A program made the position numbers and the translations under genes. Of a DNA stretch of 64,000 nucleotides, positions 17,974 to 28,511 are shown one piece after another. The stretch is from an uncultured Christensenella sp. (GTDB taxonomy: Bacteria > Bacillota > Clostridia > Christensenellales > UBA3700): contig CAJTPC010000001.1 of assembly GCA_910578245.1 (NCBI GenBank), positions 91,603 through 155,602 of the forward strand. Direction: 5' to 3'. Numbering within the stretch: position 1 is the first letter of the stretch; every line of letters begins with the position of its first letter. The notes beneath the pieces are model-generated. The model made no database searches. It saw only the letters and a list, made by a program, of their open reading frames with translations, and was not told the origin of the DNA.

Positions 17974-19692
17974 CTACTCTTTGCCGAACTTAACAGTAGA
18001 TAAATCTTTACCCGGTAAAATGATGGGATAGACGTTCTCTTCTTCGTCAATCATAAATTCTAACAAAGTGGGAACGTCTGTTTGTTGTACTGCAAAAGAA
18101 AAAGCCTCGTCTACTTCTTCTTTTCTTGTAACTCGTCTATACCTTACTTCATAACTATCCGCGAGTTTTTGGAAATTGGGAACGTAAGCCGGACATTCTT
18201 GCATTGTCGCGCATTGCGTGGGACAACTTACTCTTCGTCTTAGACAGGTGCTTTGATATCTCTTTCCGTAATACAATTCTTGCCATTGTCTTACGTTGCC
18301 AAGCCAACAATTATTCAACAAACATATTATAATAGGCAAGCCGTTGATAACTGCAGTCGCAAGTTCTTGCGCGTTCATTTGAAAACCGCCGTCGCCTACT
18401 ATTGCCACAACGGGAGTTTGAGGATTTGCCAACTTGGCTCCTATTGCCGCAGGCAGTCCGAATCCCATAGTACCAAAACCGCCAGATGTCAGCAGCCTTC
18501 TACGTTCGTTTAGCTTCAAAAACTGCGTAGTCCACAATTGGTTTTGGCCTACATCGGTTGCGACAATTATATCGTCAAACAAAGTATTTAGTTTTTCAAT
18601 TATAATTTGCGGATTAAGTTTATCGTTTGCTATCTTGACGGGATACGCCGATTTCAATTCATCCAACTCCTTTATCCAGCTAGATAATTCCAGCGATTTT
18701 GCGCTTTCCGTCAATAAAGATAATACTGCTCCGGCATCGCCTAATAAAGATATGTCTGCTTGTACATTTTTAGATATAGTCGAAGGGTCTATATCAATGT
18801 GAATAATCTTCGCGTGTTTTGCAAAATCTTGCCTATTTCCTGCAATTCTATCGTTAAACCTTGTTCCTATTGACAGCAATAAATCACACTTTTCTATTGC
18901 GCTATTTGCTCCGAAACTTCCGTGAATGCCTACATTCCCAAAGAATAATGCGCTGTCACTTGGAATCGCTCCCTTGCCCATAATCGTAGTCACTACTGGA
19001 ATGCCTGTCAGTTCAACAAATTTGCCCAACTCCTTTTCTGCTTTTGCAATTCTTACTCCGCCACCCGCCAACAATAATGGACGTTTTGCGCTTTGCAAAG
19101 CCTCAATAGTTTCGTTGATTTGGTTGCTTTGTTGTTCTAAAGTTGGCACGGTATCACATATCTGTACAAAAGACGGATATTCTTCACTTCCAAGTTGCTG
19201 TTGAATATCTTTGGGTATATCGACAAGAACGGCTCCCGGTTTGCCTGATTGCGCAATATAAAAAGCCTTTTTGATTACCTCGCCCAACTCTTCTCGACTG
19301 CGTACTGTAATCGCATACTTCGTAACGCTCTTAACCATATCTACTATGTCTGCTTCTTGAAAAGCGTCCTTGCCGATAAGTGAAGTAACGACTTGCCCTG
19401 TAAAACATACAAGCGGAACTGCGTCATAATTTGCAGTCGCAATCGCCGTAACGAGATTCGTAGCGCCCGGTCCGCTTGTAACAAGACACACACCCGGCTT
19501 GCCACTTGATCTCGCATAGCCGTCGGCTGCGTGCGCTAGCCCTTGTTCATGTCTTGGCAATATCATATTTATTGAATTGTCATTGTACAATTCGTCTAAT
19601 ATATCAATAATCTGCCCGCCTGGGTATGCGAATAGAACTTCTACTTTTTCCTCTTTTAATGCTTTTACAAACAACTGCGCTCCCGTAATCAT
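17974..19692 (-). CDS. Acetolactate synthase large subunit-like thiamine-diphosphate enzyme
   Basis: N-terminal GAQLFVKALKEEKVEVLFAYPGG...VCLVTSGPGATNL. TPP motif GDGGFQMNAQELAT. No ilvN or ilvC nearby. Confidence 0.8.
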   Translation of the reverse strand: MITGAQLFVKALKEEKVEVLFAYPGGQIIDILDELYNDNSINMILPRHEQGLAHAADGYARSSGKPGVCLVTSGPGATNLVTAIATANYDAVPLVCFTGQVVTSLIGKDAFQEADIVDMVKSVTKYAITVRSREELGEVIKKAFYIAQSGKPGAVLVDIPKDIQQQLGSEEYPSFVQICDTVPTLEQQSNQINETIEALQSAKRPLLLAGGGVRIAKAEKELGKFVELTGIPVVTTIMGKGAIPSDSALFFGNVGIHGSFGANSAIEKCDLLLSIGTRFNDRIAGNRQDFAKHAKIIHIDIDPSTISKNVQADISLLGDAGAVLSLLTESAKSLELSSWIKELDELKSAYPVKIANDKLNPQIIIEKLNTLFDDIIVATDVGQNQLWTTQFLKLNERRRLLTSGGFGTMGFGLPAAIGAKLANPQTPVVAIVGDGGFQMNAQELATAVINGLPIIICLLNNCWLGNVRQWQELYYGKRYQSTCLRRRVSCPTQCATMQECPAYVPNFQKLADSYEVRYRRVTRKEEVDEAFSFAVQQTDVPTLLEFMIDEEENVYPIILPGKDLSTVKFGKE

Positions 19693-20297
19693 AACGCTAT
19701 CCCTCCAATGAGCGATTTGACCGTTGAATCGATATACTTCATCCGTTCTAAATCAAATAAATTATTGCCGAACGATGAAGAAAGAAAAGTAAATCCAAAC
19801 GTAGCGGACAATATCGTTGACGCTACTGCGTTGCAGTCTATATCTCTTATTTTGCCTTTGTTCTTCATTTCGCACAAATAGTCTGTCAACGCACGAAGAA
19901 AAGTTTGAGGTATATCCATAATTAACGGCGCAGTTTGCGGATAAATTTGTGGCGAACGCAAACCTATTGACAAGCGAACGAATTGAGGCGTAACTTCTTT
20001 CATATAGTTTGCCATAAACATTTTCAAATCGCTTTCAATATCCCATTTTATATCTGCAAACGTCTCTAACGTAATGTTGGGGCGATATTGAGGCAATTCC
20101 ATTCCCGCAATGACTATTTCTTTTTTCTCTTTGAATTTACGAAAAATCGTACATTCATTTACGCCCGCTTTTTCAGCAATATCTTTTGTCGTTGCGCCGG
20201 TATATCCCCTTTCAAGAATGATTTCCATCATCGCATCAATTATCTTTTTGCTTGTCTTGTCCATACTATTCTCCAAAATGCAAGTGTTCACTTGCAT
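19689..20297 (-). CDS. TetR family transcriptional regulator
   Basis: N-terminal HTH TTKDIAEKAGVNECTIFRKFKEKKEI. Overlaps the ALS-like gene start by 4 nt. Confidence 0.85.
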   Translation of the reverse strand: MQVNTCILENSMDKTSKKIIDAMMEIILERGYTGATTKDIAEKAGVNECTIFRKFKEKKEIVIAGMELPQYRPNITLETFADIKWDIESDLKMFMANYMKEVTPQFVRLSIGLRSPQIYPQTAPLIMDIPQTFLRALTDYLCEMKNKGKIRDIDCNAVASTILSATFGFTFLSSSFGNNLFDLERMKYIDSTVKSLIGGIAL

Positions 20298-20419
20298 TTA
20301 TTTTAACAGGAAAAAAAGATATTGTCAAGTACTAAAAAAACTTGAATGATATTTTTTAGAAACCAAAAGGCATTTTTATTCACTGTCAATAACCAAAAAC
20401 CTGCAAAAGCAGGTATTTC

Positions 20420-21223
20420 TTATTTTTCTAGAACAATCAAAATCATATTAGAAGTGATCTTTTTCGATTGGTTTTTAACTCTATATCCTAAACTCATATA
20501 TAAGCGCAAAAGATGTCTTTCCTGCAAAATCGTTTCCACCACCCAACCTGTAGATCCGTGAATATTTTCTGCTGATTTTATTGCCGAACGCGCGTAACCT
20601 TTTAGCCTATACTTCGGCATAATGAATATTTGAGCAAGTCGTTTCTTCTCTTGGGACTTTGAATCAACGACCCTTATTACGCCTACCGTCTGTTCTTCTG
20701 CCTTTATAAAATAGTGATAAGTATTGGGATCTTCTAATCTCGACTTTACTTTGTCAAGCGTCTCATTAGCCGGCGAGGTTTCGTAGTCCCCGTACTTTTG
20801 TAATAATTCGGCTAAAGCAATCTCTTGCATTTCCCATATAATTTGAGCGTCGCTAACGTTTGCCTCGACAAATTGCGCTGAGACATCTCTTTTGGCATTA
20901 TTTTCGCAATTACGTTGTTCACTTTTTAATCCGCAAGATACGGAATCAATAAACTCATCAAAGTCTTTTCCCGTAGGCGAACTTTCTTTCTTTAAGTCCC
21001 TATATATTCTTTTTGCTGTGATTACCGCATCTTTAGTCTGAAATATCCTTGAGCAAATTCCTATCACTACGACGTCGAATATTATCAAAGCTACGGCTAC
21101 TTTGACTATGACATTTTGAATATCTGCCGCCACGAAAATGCTTATTACACACAATGCAAAGCCCGCTATACCAATTACGGTTCCAATTATTCCTATTAGT
21201 TTTCTTAGCTTTTCTTTGTTCAT
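20420..21223 (-). CDS. Membrane-anchored GNAT-family N-acetyltransferase candidate
   Basis: Two N-terminal TM helices. C-terminal GNAT-like core (VGVIRVV...IFIMPKYRLKGYARSAI). Confidence 0.55.
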   Translation of the reverse strand: MNKEKLRKLIGIIGTVIGIAGFALCVISIFVAADIQNVIVKVAVALIIFDVVVIGICSRIFQTKDAVITAKRIYRDLKKESSPTGKDFDEFIDSVSCGLKSEQRNCENNAKRDVSAQFVEANVSDAQIIWEMQEIALAELLQKYGDYETSPANETLDKVKSRLEDPNTYHYFIKAEEQTVGVIRVVDSKSQEKKRLAQIFIMPKYRLKGYARSAIKSAENIHGSTGWVVETILQERHLLRLYMSLGYRVKNQSKKITSNMILIVLEK

Positions 21224-21338
21224 ATTTACAGATTTCCGTTTACTATTTCGTTTTTAATATAAAAACATATTGTTTTTCAAATATAAAGTGATTTGATTTA
21301 CGCGCAAATATAAAATACCTGCGAATTGCATATATTCT

Positions 21339-21998
21339 TCATTCTTTGTATCCATTTATAACGGCAGTTGCCCAATTGAGCAACAACTTTGACATTTCCT
21401 CGAATTTCACGATTGCGCCGTTCTGCAAATTTTGCGCGGTTTCTAAAATAGCAGAAGGCGGATTAATTGCTTTTTGTAATTCTATCTTAGACTTAATATA
21501 CTTATCGGTTTCATAAAAATAAATAGCTTGTATGACAAAGACGGATGATTTATATAACGAACGCAGAATACCTTCGTTTTTCTCGTGTACAAAGTTGTGA
21601 ACGCAGGCGTGATACACATTACATGCGCCTACTCTTATCGCGCGTCTTACGGCTGACTTGTCTATCTTGTCAAGTAGCGCGTCAAGCGTTCCTTTTATCG
21701 GCGTTGTATCGTAATAGAATTGAAAGAGGTCAGAAGACTCCCAATTCAAAAGTTCGTCTTTCCCAGAAATAAAGCCGCAAATTAAATCTCTGTTAGGTAA
21801 AGTATCGAGCATATCCCGATATATTTTTAGATCGTTTATACGCAACTCATCGAGAATAACGACCGCGTCTATATCGCTTTTGTCAGTTGCCTCTCCTCTA
21901 CCGTAACTTCCCTGTAAACCAATAAACCATACGCGATTAGCAAATGTCTGTCGAAGTTTTTCAGTAAAAGCATTTATCCAAGTATTAATATCAATCAT
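21339..21998 (-). CDS. Nucleotidyltransferase-domain protein (KNTase/ANT(4')-like)
   Basis: GLQGSYGRGEATDKSDIDAVVILD is a pol-beta-type NTase GS...DxD motif. Helical C-terminal half. Confidence 0.6.
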   Translation of the reverse strand: MIDINTWINAFTEKLRQTFANRVWFIGLQGSYGRGEATDKSDIDAVVILDELRINDLKIYRDMLDTLPNRDLICGFISGKDELLNWESSDLFQFYYDTTPIKGTLDALLDKIDKSAVRRAIRVGACNVYHACVHNFVHEKNEGILRSLYKSSVFVIQAIYFYETDKYIKSKIELQKAINPPSAILETAQNLQNGAIVKFEEMSKLLLNWATAVINGYKE

Positions 21999-22041
21999 TC
22001 TTTAACTTCCTTTGAGTATTTTGAGGTTTATTAAAAACTTT

Positions 22042-22674
22042 TTATGCCTTTTTTATCGGGTGTCTTATTACGGTTTTTAATTTGCTAATATCGCATTTGC
22101 GCGGGTCGCTTAAATATATCTCATGATGATAGCGCTTTTGGTTGATATCCAATTCATAGCCGTTTACTTGCATATATTCATGCATAAGAGCGACAGTTTT
22201 AGGTTCGTCGTCGTAGGAACCTATATGCATGCATTGAACGCAAATGCCCTCGTCATAGGTTAAAAATTCCACATTGGAAAAGTCAGTTTTTTTCTTATTA
22301 GTCGCTTCTTTAATTGCCCAATCAAAGTCGTCTTTAGTCACGAAATCCGGTAAGCGGATAAGCGAAATAAAGTTAAATCCGTCTTTATTTGCATAGTCAA
22401 CGGTATAAGAGTCTTCTTGCCACCAAAAGCCTTCAAGCGGCGGAACGACATACTCGAAATATCCGTCTATTTTATGCGAGCCTTTATAGCTCATCTTTAT
22501 GGTAAACGCTATTGCATACAAAAGCGCGATTGAGTTTTTGTATGCGCCGTTCTCGTCGTTGGGATTACCTTTGCCTCGCACCGCTATGTAATTCATTATT
22601 GGTAAACTCACGATAGACGGCGTGTTTTTGGGCAAATAAAATTCTTTGTATTCTTTTTTATAATCAAATGCCAT
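22042..22674 (-). CDS. GyrI-like small-molecule-binding domain protein
   Basis: The N-terminal FDYKKEYKEFYLPKNTPSIV...YIAVRGKGNPN is typical of the GyrI-like/YdeE-type family as I recall it. Confidence 0.6.
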   Translation of the reverse strand: MAFDYKKEYKEFYLPKNTPSIVSLPIMNYIAVRGKGNPNDENGAYKNSIALLYAIAFTIKMSYKGSHKIDGYFEYVVPPLEGFWWQEDSYTVDYANKDGFNFISLIRLPDFVTKDDFDWAIKEATNKKKTDFSNVEFLTYDEGICVQCMHIGSYDDEPKTVALMHEYMQVNGYELDINQKRYHHEIYLSDPRKCDISKLKTVIRHPIKKA

Positions 22675-22687
22675 AAATACCTCTCTT

Positions 22688-23419
22688 TTACTTACTTTTC
22701 CCTACGCCCGTTAAATCTTTTATTACCTCGCCTGCGATAATTAGTCCTACGACTGACGGAACGAAGGCGTTACTGCCGGGGATTTCTCGCCTTGCGCTAT
22801 CTTGATTATCTATCTCTAAATCTTCGATAGGCTTAATTGGCTCTTCTTTTGAATAGACGACTTTGAGGGAATTGATACCACGCTTTTTGAGTTCTCTACG
22901 CATGACCTTGGCGAGCGGACAAACAGAAGTCTTGTATATATCCGCTACCTCAAAAGCTGTCGGGTCGAGTTTATTTCCCGCGCCCATAGAACTTATGACG
23001 GGAGTATTGCATTTCTTAGCATTCTCAACAATGGTAAGTTTTCCGGTAACGGTATCTATCGCGTCCACAACGTAATCGTACAAAGTAAAGTCAAACTCGG
23101 CTTGAGTTTGTGGCATATAAAAAGTTTTATAAACGTTTACTTTGCAGTTGGGATTGATTTGCGCAATGCGCTCCGCCTCAACGTCCACTTTGTACCTACC
23201 TATTGTATTGTGCGTCGCGATTATCTGACGGTTTATATTTGTTAAACAAACCTTGTCGTTGTCGATAATATCGATAGCCCCCACGCCAGATCGCGCAAGA
23301 GCCTCAACCGTATATCCGCCTACACCGCCAATTCCAAATACAGCTACGCGCGATTTTGAAAGTCGCTCCATTGCTTCTTTGCCAAACATCAACTGAGTTC
23401 TTGAAAATTCCTTGAGCAT
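22688..23419 (-). CDS. tcdA: tRNA threonylcarbamoyladenosine dehydratase (ThiF/E1-like)
   Basis: Rossmann motif VAVFGIGGVGGY. ThiF-family layout, 243 aa. Confidence 0.7.
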   Translation of the reverse strand: MLKEFSRTQLMFGKEAMERLSKSRVAVFGIGGVGGYTVEALARSGVGAIDIIDNDKVCLTNINRQIIATHNTIGRYKVDVEAERIAQINPNCKVNVYKTFYMPQTQAEFDFTLYDYVVDAIDTVTGKLTIVENAKKCNTPVISSMGAGNKLDPTAFEVADIYKTSVCPLAKVMRRELKKRGINSLKVVYSKEEPIKPIEDLEIDNQDSARREIPGSNAFVPSVVGLIIAGEVIKDLTGVGKSK

Positions 23420-23449
23420 TTTGAATCTATCCTTTATGTTTTGCTTACA

Positions 23450-23905
23450 TTACAGCGATGCGTCTAAAAACGACTTGTCGATTTTCTTTTCCGGATCGAT
23501 TTCGTCTTGCATAAGATCTTTAACTGTGATACCGTCAAAATATTCGTCTATCAGCGTTTTAAGATTTCTCCACATTTTAATAGTACGGCAATTGTCTACT
23601 CTATCGCAGACTTTAGCTCCGCATTCCAGGCAAGCGACCGGAGCGAGGTCACCCTCGACAAGTCTTAAAATTTCGCCTACGGTATACTCTTCCGGTCTTC
23701 TTGTAAGCCTATAGCCTCCGCCTTTGCCGTGTATACCGTCTACGATATTGTTCTGCTTCAATACCGGCAAAATGTGTTCCAAATATTTATGCGACAGCCC
23801 TTGCCTTTGCGCAACGCTCTTCATGGGTATATAACCCCCGTTGTCATTCTCGGCGAGGTCGATAATAATTCTCAGCGCATATCTTCCCTTGGTAGAAATT
23901 GTCAT
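23450..23905 (-). CDS. Rrf2 family transcriptional regulator (CymR/IscR-like)
   Basis: MTISTKGRYALRIIIDLA...IPMKSVAQRQGLSHKYLEHIL, with three spaced Cys (CLECGAKVCDRVDNC). I moved the start to the internal Met at 23905. It lies upstream of cysK. Confidence 0.8.
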   Translation of the reverse strand: MTISTKGRYALRIIIDLAENDNGGYIPMKSVAQRQGLSHKYLEHILPVLKQNNIVDGIHGKGGGYRLTRRPEEYTVGEILRLVEGDLAPVACLECGAKVCDRVDNCRTIKMWRNLKTLIDEYFDGITVKDLMQDEIDPEKKIDKSFLDASL

Positions 23906-24050
23906 TATAATCCGTCCTATCGTGTTATTTATAAGAATACTTTTTGTTTCTCTCAACTTTTTATCCGCTGTCTGTCCTTAAAGGATATAATTTTATTTAT
24001 AAAATCGCAATTTAGATATATTCTTTTAGGAACGACAGCGGATATTACTA

Positions 24051-24983
24051 TTAATCTGCAAACAGCGCCGTGGACAGATATCTGTCGCCCGTGTCCGGCA
24101 AAAGTACCACTATTGTCTTGCCGGCGTTCTCCGGACGCTTCGCTAGTTGTATCGCCGCATGCGTTGCCGCTCCCGAAGATATACCTACCAGCACTCCCTC
24201 GGTCTTGCCTATCAATTTACCGGTAGCAAAAGCGTCTTCGTTGGATACTGGGAAAATCTCATCATATATCTTAGTATTAAGTACTTCAGGTACGAATCCT
24301 GCGCCTATGCCCTGTATCTTGTGAGCGCCCGCAATTCCTGTGGACAACACTGCCGAAGTAGCCGGTTCGACTGCCACTACTTTAACGGCAGGTTTCTTAG
24401 ACTTGAGATATTCTCCTACTCCGCTAATCGTACCGCCTGTGCCTACGCCTGCGACAAATATATCAACTTCTCCGTCAGTGTCCTCAAATATCTCGGGGCC
24501 GGTTGTTGCTATGTGCGCCTGTGGGTTTGCCGGATTGACAAACTGTCCTGCAATAAAACTGTCGGGCGTTTCTTTCGCCAGTTCTTCCGCCTTGGCGATT
24601 GCGCCTTTCATACCCTTAGCTCCATCGGTAAGCACAAGTTCTGCGCCGTACGCTTTCATGATTTGTCTGCGCTCTACAGACATAGTTTCGGGCATTACGA
24701 TAATTATTCTATATCCTCTTGCCGCCGCTACAGACGCTAAACCTATACCGGTATTACCCGAAGTTGGCTCGATAATAACGGAATTGGGTTTAAGTTTGCC
24801 CGACTTCTCCGCCTCGTCAATCATAGCCTTGGCTATTCTGTCCTTGACGGAACCTGCCGGATTGAAGTACTCAAGTTTTGCAAGTATTCTAGCTTTTAGA
24901 TTGTATTGTTTTTCTATGCGCGTCAACTCCAAAAGCGGAGTTCTTCCTATAAGTTGATCAGCTGAAGTATAAATCTTTGACAT
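24051..24983 (-). CDS. cysK: Cysteine synthase A (O-acetylserine sulfhydrylase)
   Basis: PLP-lysine motif NPAGSVKDR. Also [12 protein letters not shown] and [10 protein letters not shown]. Confidence 0.9.
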   Translation of the reverse strand: MSKIYTSADQLIGRTPLLELTRIEKQYNLKARILAKLEYFNPAGSVKDRIAKAMIDEAEKSGKLKPNSVIIEPTSGNTGIGLASVAAARGYRIIIVMPETMSVERRQIMKAYGAELVLTDGAKGMKGAIAKAEELAKETPDSFIAGQFVNPANPQAHIATTGPEIFEDTDGEVDIFVAGVGTGGTISGVGEYLKSKKPAVKVVAVEPATSAVLSTGIAGAHKIQGIGAGFVPEVLNTKIYDEIFPVSNEDAFATGKLIGKTEGVLVGISSGAATHAAIQLAKRPENAGKTIVVLLPDTGDRYLSTALFAD

Positions 24984-25000
24984 GGTAAGTTCCTCCTCAA

Positions 25001-26290
25001 TTATTTAACTGATGCAAATCCATTCTCGAGATCTGCAATAATATCGTCGATATGCTCCGTGCCGATTGACAAACGAATGGTATTTTGCTTGATACCTTGA
25101 TCGGCAAGTTCTTCTTCAGTAAGCTGGCTGTGCGTGGTCGTAGCCGGATGAATCACAAGGCTCTTGACGTCTGCAACGTTGGCAAGCAACGAGAATATTT
25201 TAAGGTTGTCTATAAACTTATGCGCTTCCTTTGCTCCGCCCTTAATCTCAAATGTGAAAATAGAACCGCCGCCGTTTGGGAAATACTTCTCGTAAAGAGC
25301 GTGATCGGGATGGTCGGGTAAAGAAGGATGATTGACCTTCTCTACGAGAGGATGCTTTGTTAGGTACTCTATTACCTTCTTGGTGTTCTCCGCATGACGC
25401 TCAATCCGCAAAGATAGAGTTTCCGTACCTTGCAATAGCAAGAAAGCCGAGAACGGCGAAAGAGTTGCGCCTGTATCGCGAAGTAAGACTGCTCTGATAT
25501 AAGTGACGAACGCCGTAGGACCGACCGCATCTACGAAAGATATGTTGTGATAAGAGGGGTTTGCGTCTGCAATAGCAGGATACTTACCCGACGCTTTCCA
25601 ATCAAACTTACCAGAATCGACAATTACTCCGCCGAGCGTAGTTCCGTGACCGCCTATAAATTTGGTAGCCGAGTGTACGACGATATCTGCGCCGTGCTCT
25701 ATAGGACGAATGAGATACGGCGTACCGAAAGTATTGTCTACGACTAGCGGTAATCCGCGCTTATGAGCAAGCTCTGCCAAAGCGTCGATATCGGGAATAT
25801 CGCTGTTTGGATTGCCAAGCGTTTCGATATAAATAGCTCTGGTATTTTTCTTTATGGCTTTTTCTACTTCTTTAAGATTGTGAATATCCACGAAAGTAGT
25901 ACTTATTCCAAAATTGGTAAGCGTGTGCGCAAGAAGATTATAGCTTCCGCCATATATCGTCTTTTGCGCTACGAAGTGACCGCCGTTCTGACCGAGAGCC
26001 TGCAAAGTATATGTGATAGCGGCCGCGCCAGAAGCGAGAGCCAAGCCCGCTGCGCCGCCCTCAAGGGCTGATATTCTTTGCTCAAAGACGTCTTGAGTGG
26101 AGTTGGTCAAACGACCGTATATGTTTCCCGCGTCTGCCAGTCCGAATCTAGCTGCCGCGTGAGCGGAATTCTTAAAAACGTAAGAAGTTGTTTGATATAT
26201 AGGAACCGCTCTTGCGTCCGTTGCTGGATCGGGCTGTTCTTGACCTACGTGAAGTTGAAGCGTTTCAAATTTATATTTATGCTTAGACAT
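25001..26290 (-). CDS. O-acetylhomoserine/O-acetylserine sulfhydrylase (Cys/Met-metabolism PLP enzyme)
   Basis: [15 protein letters not shown] and the [14 protein letters not shown]-lysine motif. 429 aa. Confidence 0.85.
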   Translation of the reverse strand: MSKHKYKFETLQLHVGQEQPDPATDARAVPIYQTTSYVFKNSAHAAARFGLADAGNIYGRLTNSTQDVFEQRISALEGGAAGLALASGAAAITYTLQALGQNGGHFVAQKTIYGGSYNLLAHTLTNFGISTTFVDIHNLKEVEKAIKKNTRAIYIETLGNPNSDIPDIDALAELAHKRGLPLVVDNTFGTPYLIRPIEHGADIVVHSATKFIGGHGTTLGGVIVDSGKFDWKASGKYPAIADANPSYHNISFVDAVGPTAFVTYIRAVLLRDTGATLSPFSAFLLLQGTETLSLRIERHAENTKKVIEYLTKHPLVEKVNHPSLPDHPDHALYEKYFPNGGGSIFTFEIKGGAKEAHKFIDNLKIFSLLANVADVKSLVIHPATTTHSQLTEEELADQGIKQNTIRLSIGTEHIDDIIADLENGFASVK

Positions 26291-26505
26291 TGTTATATCT
26301 CCTTGATTATCTTAATTGATTTATATTATTATTTTTGTTGTTGGTTCTTTATTGGTTTGCTACTAGCCTCTTTCGGCTTTTAACATCGCCACATTCGTCC
26401 AAAACGAAAATTTTCTCTGACAAGTTTCTCAAAATAGTTTAGCATTTTTACCTTCCTTACAAAAAAATAAAAGAACTAACTTCTTTTACTTTTGAGATTG
26501 ATATA

Positions 26506-26535
26506 ATCATATCACCTACTTGCCTACTATGTCAA
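26506..26535 (-). promoter_or_regulatory. Sigma-A-type promoter candidate for the sulfhydrylase gene
   Basis: Minus strand TTGACA (26535-26530), 18-nt spacer, TATGAT (26511-26506). Confidence 0.45.
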
Positions 26536-26585
26536 TAGGTTTATTACATCTTTTTCAAAAAAATTTTTAACAAATTATACAGATG

Positions 26586-26612
26586 AAAAAGACCCACCGT
26601 TAGGCAGGTCTT
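26586..26612 (-). terminator. Rho-independent terminator after the OLD-family gene
   Basis: Minus strand AGACCTGCC, loop TAAC, GGTGGGTCT, followed by TTTTTC. Confidence 0.6.
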
Positions 26613-26642
26613 AGTTGATTTATCAACACCACAATTACTATC

Positions 26643-28490
26643 TTATAACGATTTCTCTATGTAATCAAACACCATTTTGAAATTCTTTTCCGTATCTTTG
26701 GATACATTCTCTATATCAAAAGTCTTAAATAGCGCGGAAGTTGAAGAATGTTTGACGTATGCGCCATTCTCCTTAGTAATACCCAATTTTTTCTGGTCAG
26801 CTCCGCTAAATAAGCATTCTATAGTAATGAATTGCTCATTGACGTCACTTAACGCGAAGACAGTCAACTCGGAGTCTTTGTTGGTGTCTTTCATTGACTT
26901 GCCTGTGCCATCGCCGTCAACCATAAGAATCGGCGAATGCTTCTTAATCTTTATCAGTCTTTTACTTATATCCTTTTGCTTGTCCTTAAAGCCTTGCGAA
27001 CCGTATTTGCCGATACCTTGAATAGGAAGAAATACGATATCCTGTATATTAAACTTATTTTTGAAGGCAACCATATAGTTGTAATCTGTAATGCCCTCGA
27101 CGAACACGACCTTGTTATCTGGGTCGTATAAAACGTTGTTAGCAACAGTCAATGCTTCCTTTATAGGTCGTAATGAATCGGGGTCGTCTGCATCAATGGT
27201 AGAAAAATCATTGCATATATGCGAGAAGTTATTCTCCATAGAAATAACTCTCAACTCGTCCAAGTTATCCATATCTATAAAGAAAGGCGAATGCGTTGCC
27301 AATACGATAGTAATATCATTTTTTATGGCAAAGTCTTTTAAGAATGCTCTTAGCTCCCGATGACCCCCAACGTGCAAATGTGTTTCCGGCTCGTCCATTA
27401 CTACTATATCGCCGGCATTAAGCGTTTTTGAACATAAGAAGTTGAAATAGAGATTGAAGAACCACTTAAATCCTGTAGACTGATGGCCTAAAATCAGACT
27501 TTTGTTTCCTCTTTTCATAGTAAAGTTTACGCTTTCAGAAAGTTTGACTTTGAAGATGTAAGCATCTTTATTGGCGCTATACAAATTGTTAAAATTCTTA
27601 GCGATAGGTTTAAGTTTTTCGTTTATCTTATCCTCTAAATCTTCTAATATCCCCATATTATTGTAAGCGTTAGCTGTATTATACGCATTGTAAATCTCCT
27701 CGAATTCCATACCTATTGTAGAAAATACTGCTTTGAAAAATACGCTATTCTCAATTCTATCAACTGTTGACTGTAATTCCTCATCGTTTATTTGTCTTTC
27801 ATTGTATCTATAGATATTTGGAAAGAAAGTAATGCCGTATTTATTAAAAAATGTCTTTTTTAGGACTTCTTCTGCCGACTCGTTTTCGTTTGGAAAATAT
27901 CTATTGCCATTGCATACCTCGCGCATTCTGCTCCAAGCATATCTATAATAGCTTCTGCTACTTTGAGTTCTAATATTTTCTATTATACTCATCACTGTGT
28001 CGTCGATTTTTTTGATTTCCGATTCATCGTTGATACTTTTTAGTCTATCTAGTGTTTTCTTAATCTGCCACTCGTCTTTAAGTCCATACTCCTCCAATGA
28101 TTTCAAAAGACTTTCAAGCGTCTTAACTGCTTCTTTCTTGACGTTTTCAGCGTTGAATTGCGGTTTAGGATATCCAATGCGATTTGTTGATCTATCCTCC
28201 GTCAGTTTATAATAGTATACGTCTCCGCCATCCTTTGCGCACAAAGTCAAAGACGGATGTCTATCTGCTTCCGTATAGCTCAACGTCGTCAAGTCCTTCT
28301 TAGTAAGTTTCCTATTAGAAAACTCCGTAAGCGCGTCCAATACGTTTGATTTTCCTGAGTTATTTGCGCCGACAACAATAACCAGATTGCCCATTTTACC
28401 TTTTTCTAATGAATAATTTAATACTAATTTTTCATTTTTATTATTGAATCCTATATTTCTGAATTTTTCAAACTCCAATGCTCTTTCCAT
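26643..28490 (-). CDS. OLD-family ATP-dependent nuclease (ABC-type ATPase plus C-terminal Toprim)
   Basis: Walker A GANNSGKSN, Walker B IVVMDEPETHLH, H-loop LATHSPFF. Toprim Glu (VVFVEGITD) and DxD (LMVDGDGTGK). Confidence 0.8.
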   Translation of the reverse strand: MERALEFEKFRNIGFNNKNEKLVLNYSLEKGKMGNLVIVVGANNSGKSNVLDALTEFSNRKLTKKDLTTLSYTEADRHPSLTLCAKDGGDVYYYKLTEDRSTNRIGYPKPQFNAENVKKEAVKTLESLLKSLEEYGLKDEWQIKKTLDRLKSINDESEIKKIDDTVMSIIENIRTQSSRSYYRYAWSRMREVCNGNRYFPNENESAEEVLKKTFFNKYGITFFPNIYRYNERQINDEELQSTVDRIENSVFFKAVFSTIGMEFEEIYNAYNTANAYNNMGILEDLEDKINEKLKPIAKNFNNLYSANKDAYIFKVKLSESVNFTMKRGNKSLILGHQSTGFKWFFNLYFNFLCSKTLNAGDIVVMDEPETHLHVGGHRELRAFLKDFAIKNDITIVLATHSPFFIDMDNLDELRVISMENNFSHICNDFSTIDADDPDSLRPIKEALTVANNVLYDPDNKVVFVEGITDYNYMVAFKNKFNIQDIVFLPIQGIGKYGSQGFKDKQKDISKRLIKIKKHSPILMVDGDGTGKSMKDTNKDSELTVFALSDVNEQFITIECLFSGADQKKLGITKENGAYVKHSSTSALFKTFDIENVSKDTEKNFKMVFDYIEKSL

Positions 28491-28511
28491 TTTTTTATTA
28501 TCCTCCGCTTA

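Noticed and set aside
24070-24957. Long plus-strand ORFs (84, 197 and 205 aa) overlapping cysK, and similar antisense ORFs across the window
   Set aside because: All lie antisense to genes with strong family motifs, lack RBSs and have skewed composition. They are typical shadow ORFs. Other examples are 9456..9968, 11031..11762, 36306..36875, 37356..37838, 58157..58705 and 60356..60724.
26291-26505. SAM riboswitch, T-box or leader peptide upstream of the sulfhydrylase gene
   Set aside because: No S-box or T-box signature sequences are recognisable. There is a 21-codon ORF (MLNYFEKLVRENFRFGRMWRC) with an AAGGAAGG RBS and a weak AU-rich hairpin. The evidence is too thin to call attenuation.
26643-28490. 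A Gabija (GajA/GajB) or PARIS system
   Set aside because: The ATPase-Toprim architecture resembles GajA or a fused Ari protein. However, no UvrD-like helicase (GajB) or separate DUF4435 partner is adjacent, so only an OLD-family call is made.
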